Source: Eledone cirrhosa (taxonomy: Eukaryota). From it: a DNA stretch of 64,000 nt. Every line of letters starts with the position of its first letter. The first letter of the stretch is position 1. Of the stretch, positions 35,501 through 50,500 are shown piece after piece. The position numbers and the translations under genes are program-made. The stretch spans positions 425,568,001 to 425,632,000 of the forward strand of contig OZ024740.1 in assembly GCA_964016885.1 (NCBI GenBank). Reading direction: 5' to 3'. The notes beneath the pieces were generated by a model. The model was not told the DNA's origin. It saw only the letters and a program-made list of their open reading frames with translations, and made no database searches.

Positions 35501-38500
35501 CCTTCCCTCCACCATCCCAATATATGTTGGTAAGGTACCTAGTCTTGTGTCATTCCCTCAACCATTCCCAATATATGTTGGTGAGGTACCTAGACTTGTG
35601 TCCTTCCCTCAACCATTCCCAATATATGTTGGTGAGGTACCTAGTCTTGTGTCCTTCCCTCCACCATTCCCAATATATGTTGGTAAGTTACCTAGTCTTG
35701 TGTCCTTCCCTCCACCATTCCCAATATATGTTGGTAATGTACCTAGTCTTGTGTCCTTCCCTCCACCATCCCAATATATGTTGGTGGGGCACCTAGTCTT
35801 GTGTCCTTCCCTCCACCATTCCCAATATATGTTGGTGGGGCACCTAGTCTTGTGTCCTTCCCTCCACCATTCCCAATATATGTTGGTGGGGCACCTAGTC
35901 TTGTGTCATTCCCTCCACCATTCCCAATATATGTTGGTGATGTACCTAGTCTTGTGTCCTTCCCTCCACCATCCCAATATATCTTGGTGATGTACCTAGT
36001 CTTGTGTCCTTCCCTCCACCATCCCAATATATGTTGGTGATGTACCTAGTCTTGTGTCCTTCCCTCCACCATTCCCAATATATGTTCGTGATGTACCTAG
36101 TCTTGTGTCCTTCCCTCCAGCATTCCCAATATATGTTGGTGAGGTACCTAGTCTTCTGTCCTTCCCTCCACCATTCCCAATATATGTTGGTAAGGTACCT
36201 AGTCTTGTGTCCTTCCCTCCACCATTCCCAATATATGTTGGTGAGGTACCTAGTCTTGTGTCCTTCCAAACACCATACCCAATATATGTTGGTAAGTTAC
36301 CTAGTATTCTGTCCTTCTCTCCACCATTCCCAATATATGTTGGTAAGTTACCTAGTCTTGTGTCCTTCCAAACACAATTCCCAATATATGTTGGTGAGGC
36401 ACCCAGTCTTGTGTCCTTCCCTCAACCATTCCCAATATATGTTGGTGATGTACCTAGTCTTGTGACCTTCCCTCCACCATTCCCAATATATGTTGGTGCG
36501 GTACTTAGTCTTGTGTCCGACCCTCAACCATTCCCAATATATGTTGGTGAGGTACCTAGTCCTTCCCTCCTCATTCCCAATATATGTTGGTGAGGTACGT
36601 AGTCTTTCCCTCCACCATTCCCAGTTTATGTTGGTGAGGTACCTAGTCTTGTGTCCTTCCCTCCACCATTCCCAAAATATGTTGATAAGGTACCTAGTTT
36701 TGTGGCCTTCCCTCCACCATTCACAATATATGTTGGTGACGTACCTAGTCTTGTGTCCTTCCCTCCACCATTCACAATATATGTTGGTAAGGTACCTAGT
36801 CTTGTGTCCTTCCCTCCACCATTCCCAATATATGTTGGTAATGTACCTAGTCTTGTGTCCTTCCCTCCACCATTCCCAATATATGTTGGTAAGGTACCTA
36901 GTCTTGTGTCCTTCCCTCCACCATTCCCAATATATGTTGGTAAGGTACCTAGTCTTGTGTCCTTCCCTCCACCATTCCCAATATATGTTGGTAAGGTACC
37001 TAGTCTTGTGTCCTTCCCTCCACCATTCCCAATATATGTTGGTGAGGTACCTAGTCTTGTATCCTTCCCTCAACCATTCCCAATATATGTTGGTGAGGTA
37101 CCTAGTCTTGTGTCCTTCCTCCACCATTCCCAATATATTTTGGTAAGTTACCTAGTCTTGTGTCCTTCCCTCTACCATTCCTAATATATGTTGGTGAGGT
37201 ACCTAGTCTTGTGTCCTTCCCTCCAGCATTCCCAATATATGTTGGTAAGTTACCTAGTCTTGTGTCCTTCCCTCCACCATCCCAATATATGTTGGTAAGG
37301 TACCTAGTCTTGTGTCATTCCCTCAACCATTCCCAATATATGTTGGTGAGGTACCTAGACTTGTGTCCTTCCCTCAACCATTCCCAATATATGTTGGTGA
37401 GGTACCTAGTCTTGTGTCCTTCCCTCCACCATTCCCAATATATGTTGGTAAGTTACCTAGTCTTGTGTCCTTCCCTCCACCATTCCCAATATATGTTGGT
37501 AATGTACCTAGTCTTGTGTCCTTCCCTCCACCATCCCAATATATGTTGGTGGGGCACCTAGTCTTGTGTCCTTCCCTCCACCATTCCCAATATATGTTGG
37601 TGGGGCACCTAGTCTTGTGTCCTTCCCTCCACCATTCCCAATATATGTTGGTAAGATACCTAGTCTTGTGTCCTTCCCTCCACCATTCCCAATATATGTT
37701 GGTGGGGTACCTAGTCTTGTATCCTTCCCTCAACCATTCCCAATATATGTTGGTGAGGTACCTAGTCTTGTGTCCTTCCTCCACCATTCCCAATATATTT
37801 TGGTAAGTTACCTAGTCTTGTGTCCTTCCCTCTACCATTCCTAATATATGTTGGTGAGGTACCTACTCTTGTGTCCTTCCCTCCAGCATTCCCAATATAT
37901 GTTGGTAAGTTACCTAGTCTTGTGTCCTTCCCTCCACCATCCCAATATATGTTGGTAAGGTACCTAGTCTTGTGTCATTCCCTCAACCATTCCCAATATA
38001 TGTTGGTGAGGTACCTAGACTTGTGTCCTTCCCTCAACCATTCCCAATATATGTTGGTGAGGTACCTAGTCTTGTGTCCTTCCCTCCACCATTCCCAATA
38101 TATGTTGGTAAGTTACCTAGTCTTGTGTCCTTCCCTCCACCATTCCCAATATATGTTGGTAATGTACCTAGTCTTGTGTCCTTCCCTCCACCATCCCAAT
38201 ATATGTTGGTGGGGCACCTAGTCTTGTGTCCTTCCCTCCACCATTCCCAATATATGTTGGTGGGGCACCTAGTCTTGTGTCCTTCCCTCCACCATTCCCA
38301 ATATATGTTGGTGGGGCACCTAGTCTTGTGTCATTCCCTCCACCATTCCCAATATATGTTGGTGATGTACCTAGTCTTGTGTCCTTCCCTCCACCATCCC
38401 AATATATCTTGGTGATGTACCTAGTCTTGTGTCCTTCCCTCCACCATCCCAATATATGTTGGTGATGTACCTAGTCTTGTGTCCTTCCCTCCACCATTCC

Positions 38501-41500
38501 CAATATATGTTCGTGATGTACCTAGTCTTGTGTCCTTCCCTCCAGCATTCCCAATATATGTTGGTGAGGTACCTAGTCTTCTGTCCTTCCCTCCACCATT
38601 CCCAATATATGTTGGTAAGGTACCTAGTCTTGTGTCCTTCCCTCCACCATTCCCAATATATGTTGGTGAGGTACCTAGTCTTGTGTCCTTCCAAACACCA
38701 TACCCAATATATGTTGGTAAGTTACCTAGTATTCTGTCCTTCTCTCCACCATTCCCAATATATGTTGGTAAGTTACCTAGTCTTGTGTCCTTCCAAACAC
38801 AATTCCCAATATATGTTGGTGAGGCACCCAGTCTTGTGTCCTTCCCTCAACCATTCCCAATATATGTTGGTGATGTACCTAGTCTTGTGACCTTCCCTCC
38901 ACCATTCCCAATATATGTTGGTGCGGTACTTAGTCTTGTGTCCGTCCCTCAACCATTCCCAATATATGTTGGTGAGGTACCTAGTCCTTCCCTCCTCATT
39001 CCCAATATATGTTGGTGAGGTACGTAGTCTTTCCCTCCACCATTCCCAGTTTATGTTGGTGAGGTACCTAGTCTTGTGTCCTTCCCTCCACCATTCCCAA
39101 AATATGTTGATAAGGTACCTAGTTTTGTGGCCTTCCCTCCACCATTCACAATATATGTTGGTGACGTACCTAGTCTTGTGTCCTTCCCTCCACCATTCAC
39201 AATATATGTTGGTAAGGTACCTAGTCTTGTGTCCTTCCCTCCACCATTCCCAATATATGTTGGTAATGTACCTAGTCTTGTGTCCTTCCCTCCACCATTC
39301 CCAATATATGTTGGTAAGGTACCTAGTCTTGTGTCCTTCCCTCCACCATTCCCAATATATGTTGGTAAGGTACCTAGTCTTGTGTCCTTCCCTCCACCAT
39401 TCCCAATATATGTTGGTGAGGTACCTAGTCTTGTGTCCTTCCCTCCACCATTCCCAATATATGTTGGTGAGGTACCTATACTTGTGTCCTTCCCTCAACC
39501 ATTCCCAATATAAGTTAGTGTGGTACCTAGTCTTCTGTCCTTCCCTCCACCATTCCCAATATATGTTGGTAAGTTACCTAGTCTTGTGTCCTTCCCTCCA
39601 CCATTCCCAATATATGTTGGTGAGGTACCTATACTTGTGTCCTTCCCTCAACCATTCCCAATATAAGTTAGTGTGGTACCTAGTCTTCTGTCCTTCCCTC
39701 CACCATTCCCAATATATGTTGGTAAGGTACCTAGTCTTGTGTCCTTCCCTCCACCATTCCCAATATATGTTGGTGAGGTACCTAGTCTTGTATCCTTCCC
39801 TCAACCATTCCCAATATATGTTGGTGAGGTACCTAGTCTTGTGTCCTTCCCTCCACCATTCCAAATATATGTTGATAAGGTACCTAGTCTTGTGTCCATC
39901 CCTCCACCATTCCCAATATATGTTGGTAAGTTACCTAGTCTTGTGTCCTTCCCTCCACCATTACCAATATATGTTGATGAGGTACAGAGTCTTCTGTCCT
40001 TCCCTCCACCATTCCCAATATATGTTGGTAAGTTACCTAGTATTCTGTCCTTCTCTCCACCATTCCCAATATATGTTGGTGAGGTACCTAGTCTTGTGTC
40101 CTTCCCTCCACCATTCCCAATATATGTTGGTAAGTTACCTAGTCTTGTGTCCTTCCCTCCACCATTCCCAATATATGTTGGTAATGTACCTAGTCTTGTG
40201 TCCTTCCCTCCACCATTCCCAATATATTTTGGTAAGGTACCTAGTCTTGTGTCCTTCTCTCCACCATTCCCAATATATGTTGGTGAGGTACCTAGTCTTG
40301 TGTCCTTCCCTCCACCATTCCCAATATATGTTGGTAATGTACCTAGTCTTGTGTCCTTCCCTCCACCATTCCCAATATATGTTGGTAAGGTACCTAGTCT
40401 TCTGTCCTTCCCTCCACCATTCCCAATATATGTTGGTGAGGTACCTAGTCTTGTTTCCTTCCCTCCACCATTCCCAATATATGTTGGTGAGGTACCTAGT
40501 CTTGTGTCCTTCCCTCCACCATTCCCAATATATGTTGGTAAGGTACCTAGTCTTGTATCCTTCCCTCCAACATTCCAAATATATGTTGATAAGGTACCTA
40601 GTCTTGTGTCCTTCCCTCCAGCATTCCCAATATATGTTGGTGAGGTACTTAGTCTTGTGTCCTTCCCTCCACCATTCCCAATATATGTTGGTGAGGTACC
40701 TAGTCTTGTGTCCTTCCCTCCATCATTCCCAATATATGTTGGTGAGGTACCTAGTCTTGTATCCTTCCCTCCACCATTCCCAATATATGTTGGTGAGGTA
40801 CCTAGTCTTGTGTCCTTCCCTCCACCATTCCCAATACATGTTGGTGAGGTACCTAGTCTTGTGTCCTTCCCTCCACCATTCCCAATATATGTTGGTGAGG
40901 TACCTAGTCTTGTGTCCTTCCCTCCATCATTCCCAATATATGTTGGTGAGGTACCTAGTCTTGTATCCTTCCCTCCACCATTCCCAATATATGTTGGTGA
41001 GGTACCTAGTCTTGTGTCCTTCCCTCCACCATTCCCAATATATGTTGGTAAGGTACCTAGTCTTGTGTCCTTCCCTCCACCATTCCCAATACATGTTGGT
41101 GAGGTACCTAGTCTTGTGTCCTTCCCTCCACCATTCCCAATATATGTTGGTGAGGTACCTAGTCTTGTGTCCTTCCCTCCATCATTCCCAATATATGTTG
41201 GTGAGGTACCTAGTCTTGTATCCTTCCCTCCACCATTCCCAATATATGTTGGTGAGGTACCTAGTCTTGTGTCCTTCCCTCCACCATTCCCAATATATGT
41301 TGGTAAGGTACCTAGTCTTGTGTCCTTCCCTCCACCATTCCCAATACATGTTGGTGAGGTACCTAGTCTTGTGTTCTTCCCTCCACCATTCCCAATATAT
41401 GTTGGTGATGTACCTAGTCTTGTGTCCTTCCTCCACCATTCCCAATATATGTTGGTAAGGTACCTAGTCTTGTATCCTTCCCTCCACCATTCCCAATATA

Positions 41501-44500
41501 TGTTGGTGAGGTACCTAGTCTTGTGTCCTTCCCTCCACCATTCCCAATATATGTTGGTAAGGTATCTAGTCTTGTATCCTTCCCTCCACCATTCCCAATA
41601 TATGTTGGTGAGGTACCTAGTCTTGTGTCCTTCCCTCCACCATTCCCAATATATGTTCGTGAGGTACCTAGTCTTGTGTCCTTCCCTCCAGCATTCCCAA
41701 TATATGTTCGTGAGGTACCTAGTCTTGTGTCCTTCCCTCCACCATTCCCAATATATGTTCGTGAGGTACCTAGTCTTGTGTCCTTCCCTCCAGCATTCCC
41801 AATATATGTTGGTGAGGTACTTAGTCTTGTCTCCTTCCCTCCACCATTCCCAATATATGTTCGTGAGGTACCTAGTCTTGTGTCCTTCCCTCCAGCATTC
41901 CCAATATATGTTGGTGAGGTACCTAGTCTTGTGTCCTTCCCTCCACCATTCCCAATATATGTTCGTGAGGTACCTAGTCTTGTGTCCTTCCCTCCAGCAT
42001 TCCCAATATATGTTGGTGAGGTACCTAGTCTTGTGTCCTTCCCTCCATCATTCCAAATATATGTTGGTAAGGTACCTAGTCTTGTGTCCTTCCCTCCAGC
42101 ATTCCCAATATATGTTGGTAAGTTACCTAGTCTTGTGTCCTTCCCTCCACCATCCCAATATATGTTGGTAAGGTACCTAGTCTTGTGTCATTCCCTCCAC
42201 CATTCCCAATATATTTTGGTAAGGTACCTAGACTTGTGTCCTTCCCTCAACCATTCCCAATATAAGTTAGTGTGGTACCTAGTCTTGTGTCCTTCCCTCA
42301 ATCATTCCCAATATATGTTGGTGAGGTACCTAGTCTTTTGTCCTTCCCTCCACCATTCCCAATATATGTTGGTGATGTATCTAGTCTTGTGTCCTTCCCT
42401 CCACCATTCCAAATATATGTTGATAAGGTACCTAGTCTTGTGTCCATCCCTCAACCATTCCCAATATATGTTGGTAAGTTACCTAGTCTTGTGTCCTTCC
42501 CTCCAACATTCCCAATATATGTTGGTGAGGTACCTAGTCTTGTGTCCTTCCCTCCACCATTACCAATATATGTTGATGAGGTACATAGTCTTCTGTCCTT
42601 CCCTCCACCATTCCCAATATATGTTGGTAAGTTACCTAGTATTCTGTCCTTCTCTCCATCATTCCCAATATATGTTGGTGAGGTACCTAGTCTTGTGTCC
42701 TTCCCTCCACCATTCCCAATATATGTTGGTAAGTTACCTAGTCTTGTGTCCTTCCCTCCACCATTCCCAATATATGTTGGTAAGTTACCTAGTCTTGTGT
42801 CCTTCCCTCCACCATTCCCAATATATGTTGGTAATGTACCTAGTCTTGTGTCCTTCCCTCCACCATTCCCAATATATGTTGGTAAGGTACCTAGTCTTGT
42901 GTCCTTCCCTCCACCATTCCCAATATATGTTGGTGAGGTACCTAGTCTTGTTTCCTCCCCTCCACCATTCCCAATATATGTTGGTGAGGTACCTAGTCTT
43001 GTGTCCTTCCCCCCCCCATCATTCCCAATATATGTTGGTAAGTTACCTAGACTTGTGTCCTTCCCTCCATCATTTCTAATATATGTTGGTGAGGTACCTA
43101 GTCTTGTGTCCTTCCCTCCATCATTCCCAATATATGTTGGTGAGGTACCTAGTCTTGTGTCCTTCCCTCTAGAATTCCTAATATATGTTGGTGAGGTACC
43201 TAGTCTTGTGTCCTTCCCTCCACCATTCCCAATATATGTTGGTGAGGTACCTAGTCTTGTGTCCTTCCCACCACCATTCCTAATATATGTTGGTGAGTTA
43301 CCTAGTCTTGTGTCCTTCCTCCACCATTCCCAATATATGTTGGTAAGGTACCTAGTCTTGTGTCCTTCCCTCTACCATTCCTAATATATGTTGGTGAGGT
43401 ACCTAGTCTTGTGTCCTTCCCTCCACCATTCCCAATATATGTTGGTGAGGTACCTAGTCTTGTGTCCTTCCCTCCACCATTCCCAATATATGTTGGTAAG
43501 GTACCTAGTCTTGTGTCCTTCCCTCCACCATTCCCAATATATGTTGGTAAGGTACCTAGTCTTGTGTCCTTCCCTCCACCATTCCCAATATATGTTGGTG
43601 AGGTACCTAGTCTTGTGTCCTTCCCTACACCATTCCCAATATATGTTTGTAAGGTACCTAGTCTTGTGTCCTTCCCTCCACCATTCCCAATATATGTTGG
43701 TGAGGTACCTAGTCTTGTGTCCTTCCCTCCACCATTCCCAATATATGTTGGTGAGGTACCTAGTCTTGTGTCCTTCCCTACACCATTCCCAATATATGTT
43801 GGTAAGGTACCTAGTCTTGTGTCGTTCCCTCTACCATTTCCAATATATGTTGGTAAGGTACCTAGTCTTGTGTCCTTCCCTCCACCATTCCCAATATATG
43901 TTGGTAAGGTACCTAGTCTTGTGTCCTTCCCTCCACCATTCCCAATATATGTTGATAAGGTACCTAGTCTTGTGTCCTTCCCTCCAGCATTCCCAATATA
44001 TGTTGGTGAGGTACCTAGTCTTGTGTCCTTCCCTCCACCATTCCCAATATATGTTGATAAGGTACCTAGTCTTGTGTCCTTCCCTCTACCATTCCTAATA
44101 TATGTTGGTGAGGTACCTAGTCTTGTGTCCTTCCCTCCATCATTCCCAATATATGTTGGTGAGGTACCTAGTCTTGTATCCTTCCCTCCACCATTCCCAA
44201 TATATGTTGGTGAGGTACCTAGTCTTGTGTCCTTCCCTCCACCATTCCCAATATATGTTGGTAAGGTACCTAGTCTTGTGTCCTTCCCTCCACCATTCCC
44301 AATATATGTTCATGAGGTACCTAGTCTTGTGTCCTTCCCTCCACCATTCCCAATATATGTTGGTGAGGTACCTAGTCTTGTGTCCTTCCCTCCACCATTC
44401 GCAATATATGTTGGTGAGGTACCTAGTCTTGTATCCTTCTCTCCACCATTCCCAATATATGTTGGTGAGGTACCTAGTCTTGTGTCCTTCCCTCCACCAT

Positions 44501-47500
44501 TCCCAATATATGTTGGTAAGGTACCTAGTCTTGTGTCCATCCCTCCACCATTCCCAATATATGTTGGTGAGGTACCTAGTCTTGTGTCCTTCCCTACACC
44601 ATTCCCAATATATGTTTGTAAGGTACCTAGTCTTGTGTCCTTCCCTCCACCATTCCCAATATATGTTGGTGAGGTACCTAGTCTTGTGTCCTTCCCTCCA
44701 CCATTCCCAATATATGTTGGTAAGTTACCTAGTCTTGTGTCCTTCCCTCCACCATTCCCAATATATGTTGGTAAGGTACCTAGTCTTGTGTCCTTCCCTC
44801 CACCATTCCAATATATGTTGGTAAGGTACCTAGTCTTGTGTCCTTCCCTCCACCATTCCCAATATATGTTGGTAAGTTACCTAGTCTTGTGTCCTTCCCT
44901 CCACCATTCCCAATATATGTTGGTAAGGTACCTAGTCTTGTGTCCTTCCCTCCACCATTCCCAATATATGTTGGTAAGTTACCTAGTCTTGTGTCCTTCC
45001 CTCCACCATTCCCAATATATGTTGGTAAGGTACCTAGTCTTGTGTCCTTCCCTCCACCATTCCCAATATATGTTGGTAAGTTACCTAGTCTTGTGTCTTT
45101 CCCTCCACCATTCCCAATATATGTTGGTAAGGTACCTAGTCTTGTGTCCTTCCCTCCACCATTCCCAATATATGTTGGTAAGGTACCTAGTCTTGTGTCC
45201 TTCCCTCCACCATTCCCAATATATGTTGGTAAGGTACCTAGTCTTGTGTCCTTCCCTCCACCATTCCCAATATATGTTGGTAAGTTACCTAGTCTTGTGT
45301 CCTTCCCTCCACCATTCCCAATATATGTTGGTAAGGTACCTAGTCTTGTGTCCTTCCCTCCACCATTCCCAATATATGTTGGTAAGGTACCTAGTCTTGT
45401 GTCCTTCCCTCAACCATTCCCAATATATGTTGGTAAGGTACCTAGTCTTGTATCCTTCCCTCCACCATTCCCAATATATGTTGGTGAGGTACCTAGTCTT
45501 GTATCCTTCCCTCCACCATTCCCAATATATGTTGGTGAGGTACCTAGTCTTGTGTCCTTCCCTCCACCATTCCCAATATATGTTGGTAAGGTACCTAGTC
45601 TTGTATCCTTCCCTCCACCATTCCCAATATATGTTGGTGAGGTACCTAGTCTTGTGTCCTTCCCTCAACCATTCCCAATATATGTTGGTGAGGTACCTAG
45701 TCTTGTGTCCTTCCCTCAACCATTCCCAATATATGTTGGTGATGTACCTACTCTTGTGTCCTTCCCTCCACCATTCCCAATATATGTTGGTAAGGTACCT
45801 AGTCTTGTGTCCTTCCCTCCACCATTCCCAATATATTTTCGTGAGGTACCTAGTCTTGTGTCCTTCCCTCCACCATTCCCAATATATGTTCGTGAGGTAC
45901 CTAGTCTTGTGTCCTTCCCTCCACCATTCCCAATATATGTTGGTGAGGTACCTAGTCTTGTGTCCTTCCCTCCACCATTCCCAATATATGTTGGTGAGGT
46001 ACCTAGTCTTGTATCTTTCCCTCCACCATTCCCAATATATGTTGGTGAGGTACCTAGTCTTGTGTCCTTCCCTCCACCATTCCCAATATATGTTGGTGAG
46101 GTACCTAGTCTTGTATCTTTCCCTCTACCATTCCCAATATATTTTGGTGAGGTACCTAGTCTTGTGTCCTTCCCTCCACCATTCCAAATATATGTTGGTG
46201 AGGTACCTAGTCTTGTATCCTTCCCTCCACCATTCCCAATATATGTTGGTGAGGTACCTAGTCTTGTGTCCTCCCCACCCCCATCATTCCCAATATATGT
46301 TGGTAAGTTACCTAGGCTTGTGTCCGTCCCTCCATCATTCCTAATATATGTTGGTGAGGTACCTAGTCTTGTGTCCTTCCCTCCATCATTCCCAATATAT
46401 GTTGGTGAGGTACCTAGTCTTGTGTCCTTCCCTCTACCATTCCTAATATATGTTGGTGAGGTACCTAGTCTTGTGTCCTTCCTCCACCATTCCTAATATA
46501 TGTTGGTGAGTTACCTAGTCTTGTGTCCTTCCCTCTACCATTCCTAATATATGTTGGTGAAGTACCTAGTCTTGTGTCCTTCCCTCCATCATTCCCAATA
46601 TATGTTGGTGAGGTACCTTGTCTTGTGTCCTTCCCTCCACCATTCCAAATATATGTTGGTAAGGTACCTAGTCTTGTGTCATTCCCTCCACCATTCCCAA
46701 TACATGTTGGTGAGGTACCTAGTCTTGTGTCCTTCCCTCCACCATTCCCAATATATGTTGGTAAGTTACCTAGTCTTGTGTCCTTCCCTCCACCATTCCC
46801 AATATATGTTGGTAAGTTACCTAGTCTTGTGTCCTTCCCTCCACCATTCCCAATATATGTTGGTAAGGTACCTAGTCTTGTGTCCTTCCCTCCACCATTC
46901 CCAATATATGTTGGTAAGTTACCTAGTCTTGTGTCTTTCCCTCCACCATTCCCAATATATGTTGGTAAGGTACCTAGTCTTGTGTCCTTCCCTCCACCAT
47001 TCCCAATATATGTTGGTAAGGTACCTAGTCTTGTGTCCTTCCCTCCACCATTCCCAATATATGTTGGTAAGGTACCTAGTCTTGTGTCCTTCCCTCCACC
47101 ATTCCCAATATATGTTGGTAAGTTACCTAGTCTTGTGTCCTTCCCTCCACCATTCCCAATATATGTTGGTAAGGTACCTAGTCTTGTGTCCTTCCCTCCA
47201 CCATTCCCAATATATGTTGGTAAGGTACCTAGTCTTGTGTCCTTCCCTCAACCATTCCCAATATATGTTGGTAAGGTACCTAGTCTTGTATCCTTCCCTC
47301 CACCATTCCCAATATATGTTGGTGAGGTACCTAGTCTTGTATCCTTCCCTCCACCATTCCCAATATATGTTGGTGAGGTACCTAGTCTTGTGTCCTTCCC
47401 TCCACCATTCCCAATATATGTTGGTAAGGTACCTAGTCTTGTATCCTTCCCTCCACCATTCCCAATATATGTTGGTGAGGTACCTAGTCTTGTGTCCTTC

Positions 47501-50500
47501 CCTCAACCATTCCCAATATATGTTGGTGAGGTACCTAGTCTTGTGTCCTTCCCTCAACCATTCCCAATATATGTTGGTGATGTACCTACTCTTGTGTCCT
47601 TCCCTCCACCATTCCCAATATATGTTGGTAAGGTACCTAGTCTTGTGTCCTTCCCTCCACCATTCCCAATATATTTTCGTGAGGTACCTAGTCTTGTGTC
47701 CTTCCCTCCACCATTCCCAATATATGTTCGTGAGGTACCTAGTCTTGTGTCCTTCCCTCCACCATTCCCAATATATGTTGGTGAGGTACCTAGTCTTGTG
47801 TCCTTCCCTCCACCATTCCCAATATATGTTGGTGAGGTACCTAGTCTTGTATCTTTCCCTCCACCATTCCCAATATATGTTGGTGAGGTACCTAGTCTTG
47901 TGTCCTTCCCTCCACCATTCCCAATATATGTTGGTGAGGTACCTAGTCTTGTATCTTTCCCTCTACCATTCCCAATATATTTTGGTGAGGTACCTAGTCT
48001 TGTGTCCTTCCCTCCACCATTCCAAATATATGTTGGTGAGGTACCTAGTCTTGTATCCTTCCCTCCACCATTCCCAATATATGTTGGTGAGGTACCTAGT
48101 CTTGTGTCCTCCCCACCCCCATCATTCCCAATATATGTTGGTAAGTTACCTAGGCTTGTGTCCGTCCCTCCATCATTCCTAATATATGTTGGTGAGGTAC
48201 CTAGTCTTGTGTCCTTCCCTCCATCATTCCCAATATATGTTGGTGAGGTACCTAGTCTTGTGTCCTTCCCTCTACCATTCCTAATATATGTTGGTGAGGT
48301 ACCTAGTCTTGTGTCCTTCCTCCACCATTCCTAATATATGTTGGTGAGTTACCTAGTCTTGTGTCCTTCCCTCTACCATTCCTAATATATGTTGGTGAAG
48401 TACCTAGTCTTGTGTCCTTCCCTCCATCATTCCCAATATATGTTGGTGAGGTACCTTGTCTTGTGTCCTTCCCTCCACCATTCCAAATATATGTTGGTAA
48501 GGTACCTAGTCTTGTGTCATTCCCTCCACCATTCCCAATACATGTTGGTGAGGTACCTAGTCTTGTGTCCTTCCCTCCACCATTCCCAATATATGTTGGT
48601 AAGTTACCTAGTCTTGTGTCCTTCCCACCACCATTCCCAATATATGTTGGTAAGTTACCTAGTCTTGTGTCCTTCCCTCTACCATTCCTAATATATGTTG
48701 GTGAGGTACCTAGTCTTGTGTCCTTCCCTCCAGCATTCTCAATATATGTTGGTAAGTTACCTAGTCTTGTGTCCTTCCCTCCACCATCCCAATATATGTT
48801 GGTAAGGTACCTAGTCTTGTGTCATTCCCTCAACCATTCCCATTATATGTTGGTGAGGTACCTAGACTTGTGTCCTTCCCTCAACCATCCCAATATATGT
48901 TGGTGAGGTACCTAGACTTGTGTCCTTCCCTCAACCATCCCAATATATGTTGGTGAGGTACCTAGTCTTGTGTCATTCCCTCAACCATTCCCAATATATG
49001 TTGGTAAGTTATCTAGTCTTGTGTCCTTCCCTCCACCATCCCAATATATGTTAGTAAGGTACCTAGTCTTGTGTCATTCCCTCAACCATTCCCAATATAT
49101 GTTGGTGAGGTACCTAGACTTGTGTCCTTCCCTCAACCATTCCCAATATATGTTGGTGAGGTACCTAGACTTGTGTCCTTCCCTCTACCATTCCTAATAT
49201 ATGTTGGTGAAGTACCTAGTCTTGTGTCCTTCCCTCCACCATTCCCAATATATGTTGGTGAGGTACCTAGTCTTGTGTCATTCCCTCCACCATTCCCAAT
49301 ATATGTTGGTGATGTACCTAGTCTTGTGTCCTTCCCTCCACCATCCCAATATATGTTGGTGATGTACCTAGTCTTGTGTCCTTCCCTCCACCATCCCAAT
49401 ATATGTTGGTGATGTAACTAGTCTTGTGTCCTTCCCTCCACCATTCCAAATATATGTTGGTGAGGTACCTAGTCTTGTGTCCTTCCCTCCACCATTCCCA
49501 ATATATGTTGGTGAGGTACCTAGTCTTGTGTCCTTCCCTCCACCATCCCAATATATGTTGGTGATGTACCTCGTCTTGTATCCTTCCCTCCACCATTCCC
49601 AATATATGTTGGTGAGGTACCTAGTCTTGTGTCCTCCCCCCCATCATTCCCAATACATGTTGGTAAGTTACCTAGACTTGTGTCCTTCCCTCCATCATTC
49701 CTAATATATGTTGGTCAGGTACCTAGTCTTGTGTCCTTCCCTCCACCATTCCCAATATATGTTGGTGAGGTACCTAGTCTTGTGCCCCCCCCCATCATTC
49801 CCAATATATGTTGGTAAGTTACCTAGACTTGTGTCCTTCCCTCCATCATTCCTAATATATGTTGGTGAGGTACCTAGTCTTGTGTCCTTCCCTCCACCAT
49901 CCCAATATATGTTGGTGAGGTACCTAGTCTTGTGTCCTCCCCCCCCATCATTCCCAATATATGTTGGTAAGTTACCTAGACTTGTGTCCTTCCCTCCATC
50001 ATTCCCAATATATGTTGGTGAGGTACCTAGTCTTGTGTCCTTCCCTCCACCATCCCAATATATGTTGGTAAGTTACCTAGTCTTGTGTCCTTCCCTCCAC
50101 CATCCCAATATATGTTGGTGAGGTACCTAGTCTTGTGCCCCCCCCCCCATCATTCCCAATATATGTTGGTAAGTTACCTAGACTTGTGTCCTTCCCTCCA
50201 TCATTCCCAATATATGTTGGTGAGGTACCTAGTCTTGTGTCCTTCCTCCACCATTCCTAATATATGTTGGTGAGTTACCTAGTCTTGTGTCCTTCCTCCA
50301 CCATTCCCAATATATGTTGGTGTGGTACCTAGTCTTGTGTCCTTCCCTCTACCATTCCTAATATATGTTGGTGAGGTACCTAGTCTTGTGTCCTTCCCTC
50401 TACCATTCCTAATATATGTTGGTAAGTTACCTAGTCTTGTGTCCTTCCCTCTACCATTCCTGATATATGTTGGTAAGGTACCTAGCCTTGTGTCCTTACC